Assembly (NCBI GenBank): GCA_964578035.1
Contig: CAZOBR010000002.1
Coordinates: 34-64,033 of the forward strand
Direction of reading: 5' to 3'
Length of the DNA stretch: 64,000 nucleotides
From: an uncultured Gammaproteobacteria bacterium
Lineage (GTDB): Bacteria > Pseudomonadota > Gammaproteobacteria > Arenicellales > Arenicellaceae
Positions 40,098 through 50,951 of the stretch are shown one piece after another. Under the pieces are notes generated by a model that did not search any database, was not told where the DNA came from, and saw only the letters and a list, made by a program, of their open reading frames with translations. The first letter of the stretch is position 1; each line of letters starts with the position of its first letter. The position numbers and the translations under genes are program-made.

Positions 40098-40327
40098 GAT
40101 TTTAAATACTACTTCTCTCTTTACAACTTTAATTCTTTGACTGCTTTTTCGAACTGCTAAAGATAATTAAAGTATGCATTACATTAGTAAATGCGGTTAA
40201 CTTAATGCTTTAACTATCTCTTTTTATTACTGATAGTATAAACTGTAATTATGTCAAATATGTGGTGATTCTTGAGTAAACCGGCATATTTAATCTTTTT
40301 TAACCTACTTTTTTGCCAAAAAGTCTC

Positions 40328-40717
40328 ATGAATGATCAAATTTCTGCCGTTCGCATTGATAAATGGCTTTGGGCAGCGCGTTTTTTTAAAACACGGCAAC
40401 TCGCAATTAAGGCAATAAAAAACAGCCAAGTTAGAATAAATGGTCAGCACATCAAACCCGCTTCCAACGTACACACTGATGATGTTGTGCGTTTAAAGCG
40501 CGGCTATCACGAGCTTGAAGTCAACGTAGTTGGTCTAGCCGAGAAACGTGGTTCGGCTACTATTGCTCAATCTTTATACCAAGAAACTGAAGCCAGTATT
40601 GCCGCCGCCGAAATGCTCAAGCAACAACTCGCCAGCCAACCAAAAATTGATATTGATCGCCGCAAGCCCGACAAACGCGGTGTGCGGAATCATCGCGCCT
40701 TAAAGCGTGGCGATTAA
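40328..40717 (+). CDS. hslR: Ribosome-associated heat shock protein Hsp15 (S4 domain)
   Basis: VRIDKWLWAARFFKTR, KRGSA..AQ.LY.ET, KPDKR; ATG 40328. Confidence 0.93.
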   Translation: MNDQISAVRIDKWLWAARFFKTRQLAIKAIKNSQVRINGQHIKPASNVHTDDVVRLKRGYHELEVNVVGLAEKRGSATIAQSLYQETEASIAAAEMLKQQLASQPKIDIDRRKPDKRGVRNHRALKRGD

Positions 40718-40736
40718 GTCCGCCTTAGAAGACCTA

Positions 40737-41882
40737 ATGAGAAATATCCCCCTCAGCCTTTATATTCACATTCCGTGGTGTGAAAAAAAATGTCCTTATT
40801 GTGATTTTAATTCGCATATGGCACGCGCAGAAATCGACGAAGCGGCTTATGTTCAGGCACTACTAAACGATCTTGATGATGAGATAACCACATTTCAAAC
40901 CGCTATCACGTCACGAAAAATACAATCTATTTTTATTGGCGGCGGCACACCGTCGCTGTTCAGTGCTGAAAGCATTCACACACTGCTAGATGAACTCGCA
41001 AAACGCCTAGACTTTGCGCCCGATATTGAAATTACACTCGAAGCCAACCCTGGGAGCAGTGAAGCCAATAAGTTTATGGGGTTTCGCCAAGCCGGCGTGA
41101 ATCGTTTATCGATTGGTGTGCAAAGCTTTAACCCAGATCATTTAAGTATTTTAGGCCGAGTTCACTCATCCAATGAAGCCAACAATGCAGCAAGTTATGC
41201 CAAAGCGGCTGGCTTTAAACAATTCAATTTGGATTTAATGTTCGGCCTACCAGAGCAAACCATTGATCAGGCGATTGAAGATTTAAGCATCGCCATCAAC
41301 TGCGACGCAACGCACCTCTCGTGTTATCAACTGACCATTGAACCTAATACTTTGTTTCACGCCCAACCGCCGGTTACGCCAGACAATGAAACGCTTTGGG
41401 AAATGCAAACAGTTCTGCAAGGGATGCTTAAAGACAATGGTTATGTTCAATACGAAGTCTCCGCGTATGCCAAACAAAACAGCCAATGCCGACACAATCT
41501 CAACTATTGGCAGTTTGGTGATTATCTCGGTATAGGCGCAGGCGCGCACGGCAAACTCAGCCTTGAAAATGGCGAAATTATTCGGCGCTGGAAAATCAAA
41601 CACCCAGCCACCTATATCAGCAAAGACAACAAATTAGGTGGGCAAAACAATGTAGAGGCCAACGCACTGCCACTTGAGTATATGCTCAACGCACTTAGAC
41701 TGACCGACGGTTTTAATCTTGAGCAATTCGAACAACGAACGAGGTTATTGCAATCTGATATTCAAGTAACTTTAGGTAGACATGAAGCACTGAGGCTGCT
41801 AACAATTGAGGGTAGTAACGTACGCCCAAGCGAGCGTGGCAAGCAATTAATTGATGCCATGCTGCAAGATTATTTAAGTTAA
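40737..41882 (+). CDS. hemW: Radical SAM heme chaperone HemW
   Basis: PLSLYIHIPWCEKKCPYCDFNSH, IFIGGGTPS, EITLEANP, HNLNYWQFGDYLGIGAGAHG. Confidence 0.93.
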   Translation: MRNIPLSLYIHIPWCEKKCPYCDFNSHMARAEIDEAAYVQALLNDLDDEITTFQTAITSRKIQSIFIGGGTPSLFSAESIHTLLDELAKRLDFAPDIEITLEANPGSSEANKFMGFRQAGVNRLSIGVQSFNPDHLSILGRVHSSNEANNAASYAKAAGFKQFNLDLMFGLPEQTIDQAIEDLSIAINCDATHLSCYQLTIEPNTLFHAQPPVTPDNETLWEMQTVLQGMLKDNGYVQYEVSAYAKQNSQCRHNLNYWQFGDYLGIGAGAHGKLSLENGEIIRRWKIKHPATYISKDNKLGGQNNVEANALPLEYMLNALRLTDGFNLEQFEQRTRLLQSDIQVTLGRHEALRLLTIEGSNVRPSERGKQLIDAMLQDYLS

Positions 41883-42010
41883 GTGTTCTACACCACCCAC
41901 TAGGTAGTTAAGCTGAACAAATAATAAGCGTATCTTCTTCGGCTGCCATTTGTCGATCAATTAGCACTTAGCTATCATTAATAGCATCATTCATATAGTC
42001 AATTTACCCA

Positions 42011-42688
42011 GTGATTATTTGCCACCCACTCAAATTAATATTCCTAAAAACCAAAAAGGTGGCCGGCACCTCTTTTGAGGTGGCGCTGTCTAAGTTTTGC
42101 AGCTCCGAGTGCATTATCACCCCCATATCAGCTCAAGATGAGCAAGTTCGAGCTAATCTCGGCTTTAGAGGGCCGCAAAATTATCTAGAATCAGATCGAG
42201 TGGGTATTTCAAATCCAGACAGCGCAAATTATAAATTAATGGGTGACTTTATTAATCATAGTAATATTTTTACGATTAAGGATAATCTCAGAAAGCAGAT
42301 TTTTGATGAGTACACCAAGCTCTCGATTCATAGAGAGCCTGCTGATGTATTAGTTTCGAAGTACTTCTATAGAACGCGTTATTTAGTACCTAATCAGCGC
42401 CCCTCTTTCGCTCATTGGTACCAGCGACATAAAATTACTGCGGTGGAAAACTATCTAATCGCACCTGTGAAAGGTGAACCTCGGTGCGACAAAATTTTCG
42501 CGTATGAGCATCTTCTGCAAGAGATTAAAGATAGCGATTTATTGCCGAGTGAGTTTACGAATGTGTTTGATAGATTGCGGCTAAAAAGTCATTATCGCGA
42601 TATTCATAGTCAGGACGCCTCTGCTTTTTTTGAACGAGAATCTGTTAACTCAAATGAATTAAGCAATATCCTTAAACCTTATATTTGA
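42011..42688 (+). CDS. Sulfotransferase family 2-like protein
   Basis: IICH..K.IFLKTKKVAGTSFE (5'-PAPS loop), REP.D..VS.YF. Confidence 0.72.
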   Translation: MIICHPLKLIFLKTKKVAGTSFEVALSKFCSSECIITPISAQDEQVRANLGFRGPQNYLESDRVGISNPDSANYKLMGDFINHSNIFTIKDNLRKQIFDEYTKLSIHREPADVLVSKYFYRTRYLVPNQRPSFAHWYQRHKITAVENYLIAPVKGEPRCDKIFAYEHLLQEIKDSDLLPSEFTNVFDRLRLKSHYRDIHSQDASAFFERESVNSNELSNILKPYI

Positions 42689-42693
42689 TCTGT

Positions 42694-43299
42694 ATGTTTG
42701 TTTCTCACAACTACAAGCTGCTGTTTTTCGAAGTGCCCAGAACTGGTTCACGCTCTGTGACCTTGGCATTAACCACGTTTGACCCTCGCTCACCAACTGC
42801 TGTCATAAGAGCAGCTAAACGCAATTTGCATCACTACCATTTGTATGATCAGGCATTGGTAGATAAACACGCAGACTACTCTTTGATTGCAGCACATCGA
42901 AACCCTTATGAACGTATTCGCTCGCATTACAAATACCGCAAGCAGTACGGAAATCCAGACGGCATCAAAAATTTCAGCTTTGAGCAATATGTACTCTGGG
43001 CATGCAAAGGCGAGTTACCTTTTGAAATCGCCCCAGCATCAATTGATCAGCCGATATGCGAACTGATTCCACCGTCTGAGGTAGATCATTGGCTCTCTTT
43101 TGATAACTTAGTCAGTGATTGGCAACAACTTAGCGAAAAGTTGCAAATCGATTTACCCAACCTACTACATATCAACAACTCTAAACCTGAACTCGATGCG
43201 CACTCTCAATATACGCAAGAGTTGGCTGATCTAGTTTATGAGCGATTTAAACAAGATTTCGACCACTTTGGGTACGCAAATGAGTCTTGGCAAGCTTAA
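42694..43299 (+). CDS. Sulfotransferase family 2 protein
   Basis: LFFEVPRTGSRS, RNPYERIRS.Y, DFDHFGY C-terminus. Confidence 0.8.
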   Translation: MFVSHNYKLLFFEVPRTGSRSVTLALTTFDPRSPTAVIRAAKRNLHHYHLYDQALVDKHADYSLIAAHRNPYERIRSHYKYRKQYGNPDGIKNFSFEQYVLWACKGELPFEIAPASIDQPICELIPPSEVDHWLSFDNLVSDWQQLSEKLQIDLPNLLHINNSKPELDAHSQYTQELADLVYERFKQDFDHFGYANESWQA

Positions 43300-43305
43300 C
43301 TCTAA

Positions 43306-43971
43306 CTAGTCAGGCTCGTAACCCAATAACGCTACATCTCTAGCATACAACTCTGCAATTTTGTTAACGATGGCATCATTATCATAATAACTATGCTGAG
43401 TTACTTGGATATATTCATTCTCATCGTTTAGCAGCTTTGCCACAGCTTCGCTTGAGTTCAAAAATGGCAACTCTGTTTGAGGCAAGCCTAGTTGCTGCAT
43501 GACCGCATCAAAATCCTCTTGCAAGCTCTCAAACCGACCCACGAAATCAATAAGCTGTTGATCATTTGAATCAAAAACGTATTCAGTTTGTGGCTTCAAA
43601 AACCAACCCAAATAACCTCCTTGCATTTGTTTTTCTAATTCGCATAAAACAAACTCGGTAAAACTCATTTTCTTATAAAATTGCAGATAGGTGTAAAAAG
43701 ACCTTACTCGAGACCACGGGTTACGCACAAAAGCAAAACTGAAGTAGCTATGAAATTGTTGCTGGCTAAGAAAATCACACCCCGTGTACTCTGCTGCAGT
43801 TAGATGAGCCAAACGCGGTGGACCCTGCTCATGATCTCTTTTCTCTCTTAGTAGCAATACAGATCGCGATTGTTGGTCCAAACCTAGATGAGACAAAAAA
43901 ACTTGCTCAATAGACTGACCAGCCGTTTTCGGGATATGCACAAATATTGTTTTTAGTGAGTGAGCAATCAT
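43306..43971 (-). CDS. Sulfotransferase family 2 protein
   Basis: IFVHIPKTAGQSI, FAFVRNPWSRVRS.Y, DFVGRFESL..DF, Y.RD..LLGY. Confidence 0.88.
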   Translation of the reverse strand: MIAHSLKTIFVHIPKTAGQSIEQVFLSHLGLDQQSRSVLLLREKRDHEQGPPRLAHLTAAEYTGCDFLSQQQFHSYFSFAFVRNPWSRVRSFYTYLQFYKKMSFTEFVLCELEKQMQGGYLGWFLKPQTEYVFDSNDQQLIDFVGRFESLQEDFDAVMQQLGLPQTELPFLNSSEAVAKLLNDENEYIQVTQHSYYDNDAIVNKIAELYARDVALLGYEPD

Positions 43972-44204
43972 ATGAGTACTGTTGACAAAACTTGGGTATA
44001 TTTGGAGCTGATTTTCTCTGATGTATTGCTTTGAGTAAAGCCGCTTAATTGTCGCTCAACAATGGCTTCCATAATCGATAGTTTTCGATTAACAATGTGC
44101 CATTCGAGATCTAACGTTAACACTAACAGACTGAGTTTATGGTTTCGCTTTGTGTAAGAGGTGATGCATAATCCATCTATTGCTAACATTAGCTGCACAA
44201 CCTT

Positions 44205-44615
44205 ATGCTTTGGATTAAATCATTTCATATCATTGCCGTTATCTGCTGGATGGCAGCTATATTTTATCTGCCGCGGCTGTTTGTTTATCATGCGATGGCC
44301 GAAGATGAGATCAGTAAAGAACGCTTTAAAGTGATGGAGCGCAAACTATTTAAAGGCATTATGACACCGTCGATGATAGCGACATGGGTATTTGGGCTCT
44401 GGTTATTGAGTTATGGCTTTTGGGGTAATTGGATGATCGCTAAGCTTGTCTTAGTGTTTGGGATGACGGCCTACCATGGCTGGTGTGGCGCTACGATTAA
44501 ACGGTTCGCGAATAATGAAATTACCCATGGGCATGTGTTTTTTCGCTGGCTTAATGAATTGCCAGTATTGTTATTAATACCGATTGTTATTCTGGTGGTT
44601 GTTAAACCATTTTAG
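44205..44615 (+). CDS. hemJ: Protoporphyrinogen IX oxidase HemJ
   Basis: WIKSFHII.VI.WMA.IFYLPRLFVYH, MERKL..GIM.P, FFRWLNE.P, LVVVKPF. Confidence 0.92.
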   Translation: MLWIKSFHIIAVICWMAAIFYLPRLFVYHAMAEDEISKERFKVMERKLFKGIMTPSMIATWVFGLWLLSYGFWGNWMIAKLVLVFGMTAYHGWCGATIKRFANNEITHGHVFFRWLNELPVLLLIPIVILVVVKPF

Positions 44616-44639
44616 CTCAGTGATTTATCGCTGAGCTAA
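44612..44639. terminator. Hairpin at the end of hemJ
   Basis: TTAGCTCAGTGAT-TT-ATCGCTGAGCTAA. Confidence 0.55.
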
Positions 44640-44783
44640 TACTTGATCAATCATAAGCCTGCTGTATTTGAAAGACCTGAGTGTTTGCCGACATTATAAG
44701 GAGGCGCAAAGCTTTGCAAATTCATATTATTTATAATATAAATTAAGAGCATAACAAAAAGAATAACAAACAGGAGAGAACCA

Positions 44784-46148
44784 ATGCAGCTGACCTTACA
44801 CACAAAATTAAGTTACGGGTTTGGTGCATTCGGCAAGGACTTCGCGATTCTGATTGTTTATCTCCAGCTGCTGTATTACTACACCGATGTCTTGGGCGTA
44901 TCAGCTGCTTTTGTCGGGGTGGTGTTTCTAGTCGCACGTATATGGGATGCGGTTAATGATCCTGTGATGGGTTGGTTGGTAACCAATACTCGTTCTCGGT
45001 GGGGACAATTCAAACCATGGATATTTATTGGCACACTATTGAACTCGATCTGCTTGTTCGCGGTTTTCAGTGCGCACCATTTTGATGGCACTACGCAGCT
45101 GGTTTATATCGCTGTGACTTATATCCTCTGGGGCATGACATACACCTTGATGGATATTCCATTTTGGTCGCTGGTGCCGAGGCTAGCTATAAGTAAAGAA
45201 GAGCGTGAACAGTTGGTGCCCTACCCGCGCTTCTTCGCTGATGTGGCGTGGATTCTAACCGCTGCGTTTGCTCTGAAAGCAGTGGACTTCTTGGGTGGCG
45301 GTGACCGCGCACAAGGTTTTCAAATGTTCAGTTTAGTACTGATTGCCTGCTTTGTGATCTCAACCTTGGTGGTCCTTATTAATGTTAAAGAACGGTTGTC
45401 GGTAGACAATAGTGACGATTCGCAACAAGGCAAACTCTCTCTACGAGAGATCATTTTTCTGATCAAAAATAACGACCAACTGTTGAGCTTGTTGGGCATG
45501 GCACTAGCTCACAACATTGCGATGAATTTGGTTACCTCCTTTGCGATCTACTATTTTACTTATGTGGTGGGCAGTGAAGACTTATTTCCGTATTACCTTG
45601 GTGTTGCTGGTATCGCCAAACTTATCACTTTGTTGTGCTTTTCCAGATTAGCCAAATTACTGTCACGACAAGTGTTGTGGCTAGGCTCGTGCGTTGCGCC
45701 TGTGCTGAGCGGTATATTGCTGATAGTGATTGCAGCTTACGCGCCACAAAACATCATACTTATCTCAACCGCGGGTGTATTGGTCAACATTGGCATGGCT
45801 TTATTTTGGGCGCTAATCGTAATCATGGTGGCTGATACGGTTGACTACGGGGAATTCAAAACTGGCGTGCGTAGCGAGAGTGTGGCCTATTCAGTTCAAA
45901 CCTTGGTGGTAAAAGCAGGTTCGGCGTTTGCCGGTTTCTTTATTGGTGTACTATTGGCTACAGTGAATTATGTGCCAAACGTGGCTCAAACGCCGGAAAC
46001 CATTACCGGCATGAAATGGATAATGATTGGTTTGCCGACTTTTTTCTTAATCGTGGCGATCGGGCTTTATCTGCGGTTTTATAAACTCAATGGCGACTAT
46101 TTGAGCGAAGTACAAAGCTTCGTTAAAACACGCTACAAGGCGCAATAA
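44784..46148 (+). CDS. melB: GPH-family melibiose:cation symporter (MelB-like)
   Basis: [66 protein letters not shown]. Confidence 0.85.
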   Translation: MQLTLHTKLSYGFGAFGKDFAILIVYLQLLYYYTDVLGVSAAFVGVVFLVARIWDAVNDPVMGWLVTNTRSRWGQFKPWIFIGTLLNSICLFAVFSAHHFDGTTQLVYIAVTYILWGMTYTLMDIPFWSLVPRLAISKEEREQLVPYPRFFADVAWILTAAFALKAVDFLGGGDRAQGFQMFSLVLIACFVISTLVVLINVKERLSVDNSDDSQQGKLSLREIIFLIKNNDQLLSLLGMALAHNIAMNLVTSFAIYYFTYVVGSEDLFPYYLGVAGIAKLITLLCFSRLAKLLSRQVLWLGSCVAPVLSGILLIVIAAYAPQNIILISTAGVLVNIGMALFWALIVIMVADTVDYGEFKTGVRSESVAYSVQTLVVKAGSAFAGFFIGVLLATVNYVPNVAQTPETITGMKWIMIGLPTFFLIVAIGLYLRFYKLNGDYLSEVQSFVKTRYKAQ

Positions 46149-46225
46149 TCTCTTAGGTATAACAATACCTGACTTGCGCCAATCGAGTGTTCGATTTTTG
46201 ATCGTCGTACCGTTACACTCCTAAT

Positions 46226-46633
46226 ATGAACTTAAGCATTACAGACCCCGCGTTTTTATTTCCGGGAATTTCCCTGCTCTTTTTAGCCTACACCAATCGC
46301 TATATGACCTTGGCGGGTATTGTTCGTGCGTTGAATACTAATTTTAATGATCACGATAGCGAAAACCGCGTTAAACAAATTCGTTCATTGCATCAACGCA
46401 TCCTGTTAATTAAATACATGCAAGCGGTTGGGGTCGTCGCTTTCCTGTGTTGTATTTTTGCGATGTTTTCGCTTCTTTTAGGGCATCAAAAAACAGGCGA
46501 AGTATTGTTTATGGCGAGCCTTGGTAACATGGGTATTTCTTTACTTCTTGCATTAATAGAAATCTTAATTTCAGGTCAATCGCTAAAACTAGAGCTTGAT
46601 CGTACTGATTTACGCAAGAAGCGTAGAGATTAA
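46226..46633 (+). CDS. DUF2721-like membrane protein
   Basis: PA.LFP.ISLL.LAYTNR, QI..L..RI.LIK.MQ, EI.IS..L. Confidence 0.75.
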   Translation: MNLSITDPAFLFPGISLLFLAYTNRYMTLAGIVRALNTNFNDHDSENRVKQIRSLHQRILLIKYMQAVGVVAFLCCIFAMFSLLLGHQKTGEVLFMASLGNMGISLLLALIEILISGQSLKLELDRTDLRKKRRD

Positions 46634-47094
46634 TTACCGGCCGAAAAATCAAGTTGGCGCCATGCTTCGTAAGCCACTATAGCCACTGAATTTGACAGGT
46701 TTAAACTACGGTTATTTGGCAGCATAGGAATACGCAAGCGCATCGCTGGCGCTATAGACTCCATCACAGGCGCAGGCAAGCCTTCGGTTTCAGAACCAAA
46801 CAATAAAACATCATCTTCGCAAAACTCGATATCTGTATAAGCGACCGTGCCTTTGGTGGTAATGGCAAAAATTCGTTTCGGTGATATTGCATCAATAAAC
46901 GCTTGATAATTTTGATGTCGTGTAACACGCGTTAAATCGTGATAGTCCAAACCGGCTCGCCGTAATTGCTTTTCTTCAAAATCAAAACCCAAGGGTTCAA
47001 TCAAATGCAGATTGAAGCCAGTGTTTGCCATTAAACGAATGACATTACCGGTATTGGGGGGAATCTTTGGATTATGAAGGACAATATGCAGCAT
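46630..47094 (-). CDS. trmL: tRNA (cytidine/uridine-2'-O)-methyltransferase TrmL
   Basis: [48 protein letters not shown]. Confidence 0.95.
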   Translation of the reverse strand: MLHIVLHNPKIPPNTGNVIRLMANTGFNLHLIEPLGFDFEEKQLRRAGLDYHDLTRVTRHQNYQAFIDAISPKRIFAITTKGTVAYTDIEFCEDDVLLFGSETEGLPAPVMESIAPAMRLRIPMLPNNRSLNLSNSVAIVAYEAWRQLDFSAGN

Positions 47095-47210
47095 GTGCGT
47101 GAGTGTATTCTTTAATGATAAATAATCAAGACACTTGAATTTAACTTAGACGAATGTCTATACTAAAGCCCACTTAAGTATTCATAAACACCAACTGCAC
47201 AGGGATATAA

Positions 47211-47984
47211 ATGACTGAATCCGAATCACAAAGCGCGCCGTTTAGTATTGATACGGTGATTGAAGACGCCAAAAAAGTGATCACTAATCCAATTGGCTTT
47301 TATAAGGAGATGCCAACATCGGGGGGCTTCGCTGAGCCGATTATATTTTTTATTGTCATGGTGGTTACCTCCATGATTATTAGTTTCATTTTTAGCTTTA
47401 TCGGCTTAATTAGCTTTAGCACGATTGTTGGCGGAGGTGTTACGCTAGCAAGCATTATCATAATGTCTATTATTGCAACCATTGGCAGCTTCATTGCCGC
47501 CGGCATTATGTTTGTTATCTGGAAGTTGATGGGCTCTGAAAAAAGCTATGAAACAGCGTACCGGTGCATTGCCTACAGCATGGCAATTGGCCCAGTAATT
47601 GCGATTATTTCATTTATTCCTTATTTGGCGGGCGTAATCAAAACCTTATGGGGCTGCTTTTTAATGTACGCAGCAAGCACTGAGGTGCACAAGATCAAAG
47701 CCTCAACCGCCAAAATTGTGTTTGGAATTTTTGCTGCCATAGGTGTGCTCTTTGGCTTCAGCAGCGAAAAAGCAGCGCGCAATTTTCAAAGCCAATATGA
47801 CGCAGCATTTGAACGACAAGACCGAGATATTAAAGAAGGCTCAGTTACTGATATTCTTAGTAATCTCGAAAACACGGGTGACCTGACTCCTGAAGAAGCT
47901 GGTAAGCAAGTCGGTGAGTTTATGAAAAGCATGGAAAAGTTTGCGCAAGGCCTAGAAGAAGGCGCCACACAAAACAACGAATAA
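47211..47984 (+). CDS. Yip1-family membrane protein
   Basis: V...P..FY..MP..GG..EP, five TM, YE..YRC.AYS. Confidence 0.75.
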   Translation: MTESESQSAPFSIDTVIEDAKKVITNPIGFYKEMPTSGGFAEPIIFFIVMVVTSMIISFIFSFIGLISFSTIVGGGVTLASIIIMSIIATIGSFIAAGIMFVIWKLMGSEKSYETAYRCIAYSMAIGPVIAIISFIPYLAGVIKTLWGCFLMYAASTEVHKIKASTAKIVFGIFAAIGVLFGFSSEKAARNFQSQYDAAFERQDRDIKEGSVTDILSNLENTGDLTPEEAGKQVGEFMKSMEKFAQGLEEGATQNNE

Positions 47985-48012
47985 CCCTAATAGCGTTAAT
48001 TGACACTCTAGC

Positions 48013-48044
48013 AGCCTGCCAAGTGCTTACTTGGCAGGCTTTTT
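48013..48044 (+). terminator. Intrinsic terminator after the Yip1 gene
   Basis: AGCCTGCCAAGT-GCTT-ACTTGGCAGGCT-TTTT. Confidence 0.85.
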
Positions 48045-48223
48045 ATTGAAGCTACTTTATTTGAGCTTTTTTATCCAAACTTTTTATCCAAACTAGGATT
48101 TATCATCTTGTGTCGAGACATTTCAGAGCACGCAAGGTAAAATCAACTCTCATAAGTGGCAAGCAATCATCGTCACACCTAATAACGTATTTATTTCTAT
48201 AACTCCTTCTACTTTGTTTATTT

Positions 48224-49507
48224 ATGAACGTTTTAATCATTGGAAATGGCGGTCGTGAACACGCCCTTGCATGGAAAATTGCTCAAGCTGAATCAACGTC
48301 TCATGTTTATGTGGCGCCTGGCAACGCCGGCACTCATAACGAAGCTAAAATCAGCAATGTGGATATTGGTGTGGAAGACATTGCCGCACTGGTCTCGTTT
48401 GCTACGCAAGAAGGAATTGATTTAACCATTGTCGGACCAGAAGCACCATTAGTTATTGGCGTGGTTGATGCATTCACGAATGCTGGTTTAAAGTGTTTTG
48501 GCCCAACTGAGGGCGCTGCCCAGCTTGAAGGTTCTAAAGCATTTACTAAAGACTTTTTAGCCAAACACCAAATACCTACCGCGGCCTATCAAGTATTCAC
48601 CAACGCTGAAGATGCCTGCCAATATATTGCAGAGCAAGGCGCTCCCATTGTTGTTAAAGCAGATGGCTTGGCAGCGGGCAAGGGCGTGATTGTGGCAACC
48701 ACGGTTGAACAAGCACAAGACGCAGCTCGTGACATGCTGATTGATAATAAGTTTGGTGATGCTGGCGCGCGAGTTGTCGTTGAAGAGTTCTTGGCAGGTG
48801 AAGAAGCCAGCTTTATTGTAATGGTCGATGGCGACAACATATTGCCGTTAGCAACGTCGCAAGATCATAAAGCGCGCGACAATGGCGACCAAGGCCCTAA
48901 TACAGGGGGTATGGGCGCGTATTCACCAGCGCCAGTTGTTGATGAGGCAATGCATAGCCGAATCATGAATGAAGTGATTATTCCAACCGTTGAAGGTATG
49001 AAAAGTGATGGTTATCCGTACACAGGTTTTTTATACGCTGGCATTATGGTTGCTCCAGATGGTACACCTAAGGTTTTAGAGTATAACTGCCGCTTTGGAG
49101 ACCCAGAAACGCAGCCGATTATGATGCGCTTAAAGTCGAACTTAGCTGAGCTGTGTTTAGCCGCTATTGATAAACGCTTGGATCAAGTCACTGCCGAATG
49201 GGACGATCGCGCCGCAGTCGGTGTGGTGCTGGCCGCTGGCGGCTACCCTGAAAGCTACAAAAAAGGGCATGAAATAACTGGCTTAGATATTTGCGACACC
49301 AATAATTGCAAAACCTTTCAAGCTGGCACCGCCATTAAAGACGGCAAAGTGGTTACCAGCGGTGGCCGAGTATTGTGCGTTACAGCTCTGGGCGACAGCG
49401 TAACTGAGGCACAAAAAGCCGCATATGAATCGGTAGAGAAAATTTCTTGGGATGGGATGTTCTGTCGTGACGATATTGCCTATCGCGCGATTGCCCGCGA
49501 ATCTTAA
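48224..49507 (+). CDS. purD: Phosphoribosylamine--glycine ligase
   Basis: GNGGREHALAW, LEGSKAF, KADGLAAGKGV, GPNTGGMGAYSP, EYNCRFGDPE. Confidence 0.98.
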   Translation: MNVLIIGNGGREHALAWKIAQAESTSHVYVAPGNAGTHNEAKISNVDIGVEDIAALVSFATQEGIDLTIVGPEAPLVIGVVDAFTNAGLKCFGPTEGAAQLEGSKAFTKDFLAKHQIPTAAYQVFTNAEDACQYIAEQGAPIVVKADGLAAGKGVIVATTVEQAQDAARDMLIDNKFGDAGARVVVEEFLAGEEASFIVMVDGDNILPLATSQDHKARDNGDQGPNTGGMGAYSPAPVVDEAMHSRIMNEVIIPTVEGMKSDGYPYTGFLYAGIMVAPDGTPKVLEYNCRFGDPETQPIMMRLKSNLAELCLAAIDKRLDQVTAEWDDRAAVGVVLAAGGYPESYKKGHEITGLDICDTNNCKTFQAGTAIKDGKVVTSGGRVLCVTALGDSVTEAQKAAYESVEKISWDGMFCRDDIAYRAIARES

Positions 49508-49534
49508 ACTCACCCAACCCATTTTATATAGTTA

Positions 49535-50443
49535 ATGAAAGCCTATTTAGACTTACTTCAAGATGTTTACGAGAACGGCGTTGGTAAAGACGACCGCACT
49601 GGTACTGGCACGCGCAGTGTCTTTGGCCGACAAATTCGTTGTGATTTAAGTGAAGGCTTTCCGTTACTCACTACTAAAAAAGTTTTCTTGCGCGGCATTA
49701 TTCATGAACTTCTATGGTTTGTGCGTGGCGATACTAATATCAAATATCTGGTTGATAACAGCGTTGGTATTTGGAACGAATGGCCATATCAAAATTATCT
49801 ACAGAAACAAGGCTTAGATAAACAGTTTAAAAAAGGTTCCTGCGAGTGGGAAGATCGGCTTGATGAGTTCATCATCAACATTGAACGCAGCCCATCTTTT
49901 GCCAAAGAGTGGGGTGAGCTTGGCCCAGTGTATGGCAAGCAGTGGCGAGACTTTTCTGGCTTTGATCAACTCGAATGGGTAATCAGCGAAATTAAAAACA
50001 ACCCTACTTCACGCAGATTAATTGTCTCAGCTTGGAACCCCCCTGAAATTGAAGAAATGGCAAAGGCTGGTTTACCGCCATGTCATACCTTGTTTCAATT
50101 TTATGTATCACCCGATAACAAGCTCAGCTGCCAACTGTATCAACGCAGCGCTGATCTCTTTTTAGGAGTCCCGTTTAATATTGCCAGCTACGCGTTACTT
50201 ACGATGATGGTGGCGCAGGTTTGCAATTTAGAACTTGGCGAGTTCGTACATGCCTTTGGCGATGTGCATATTTATAATAATCACCAAGAACAAGCCCTAG
50301 AGCAACTCAAGCGCAGCCCCAAGCCCTTACCAATAATGAAAATCAACCCGGATGTAAAAGACTTATTTGCGTTTACGTTTGATGATTTTGAATTGATTAA
50401 CTATAACCCTGAGGCGTCTATTCGAGCGCCGGTTGCGGTTTAG
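49535..50443 (+). CDS. thyA: Thymidylate synthase (long form with small-domain insertion)
   Basis: [48 protein letters not shown]. Confidence 0.97.
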   Translation: MKAYLDLLQDVYENGVGKDDRTGTGTRSVFGRQIRCDLSEGFPLLTTKKVFLRGIIHELLWFVRGDTNIKYLVDNSVGIWNEWPYQNYLQKQGLDKQFKKGSCEWEDRLDEFIINIERSPSFAKEWGELGPVYGKQWRDFSGFDQLEWVISEIKNNPTSRRLIVSAWNPPEIEEMAKAGLPPCHTLFQFYVSPDNKLSCQLYQRSADLFLGVPFNIASYALLTMMVAQVCNLELGEFVHAFGDVHIYNNHQEQALEQLKRSPKPLPIMKINPDVKDLFAFTFDDFELINYNPEASIRAPVAV

Positions 50444-50452
50444 AGCAAACAA

Positions 50453-50935
50453 ATGGAAATTGTCTTAATTGCCGCGGTCGGTGAAAATGGCGAAATGGGG
50501 CGTAACAATGAACTGTTGTGGCATCTGCCAGGTGACTTGCCACGCTTTAAAGAAATCACCATGGGTTCACCGATTATTATGGGGCGCAAAACCTTTGACT
50601 CGATTGGTCGGGCTTTGCCAGGTCGGCTTAATATTGTGCTTACTGCCAATGATGATTGGCAAGCTGCTGGCGTAACAGTAGCCAACTCAATCGATCAAGC
50701 GCTTGAGTTAGCCAGCAATGCCAATACCGATAAAGCATTTGTGATCGGTGGTGGGCAAATTTATAAATTATTTTTACCTTACGCTACTTCTTTAGAAATG
50801 ACCGAAGTATTCGATACGCCTGTGGCCGATACGTTTTTTCCAAATTTTTCTGGCGGCGAATTTAAAGAAACACATCGCCAAAGCATCACCGACACCCAAC
50901 CTAAGTTCGACTACGTTACCTACATTCGAGTTTAA
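50453..50935 (+). CDS. folA: Dihydrofolate reductase
   Basis: WHLPGDL..FK, IMGRKTFDSIGR.LPGR.NIV, VIGGGQIY, ADTFFP. Confidence 0.95.
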   Translation: MEIVLIAAVGENGEMGRNNELLWHLPGDLPRFKEITMGSPIIMGRKTFDSIGRALPGRLNIVLTANDDWQAAGVTVANSIDQALELASNANTDKAFVIGGGQIYKLFLPYATSLEMTEVFDTPVADTFFPNFSGGEFKETHRQSITDTQPKFDYVTYIRV

Positions 50936-50951
50936 TTAATAGGACACCATT

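Noticed and set aside
43968-44198. 76-aa minus-strand ORF upstream of the third sulfotransferase
   Set aside because: No motif or RBS; occupies the divergent promoter region
48068-48093. 13-bp duplication TTTTTATCCAAAC upstream of purD as DnaA boxes or a PurR site
   Set aside because: Mismatched to TTATCCACA and unlike the PurR palindrome; most likely slippage
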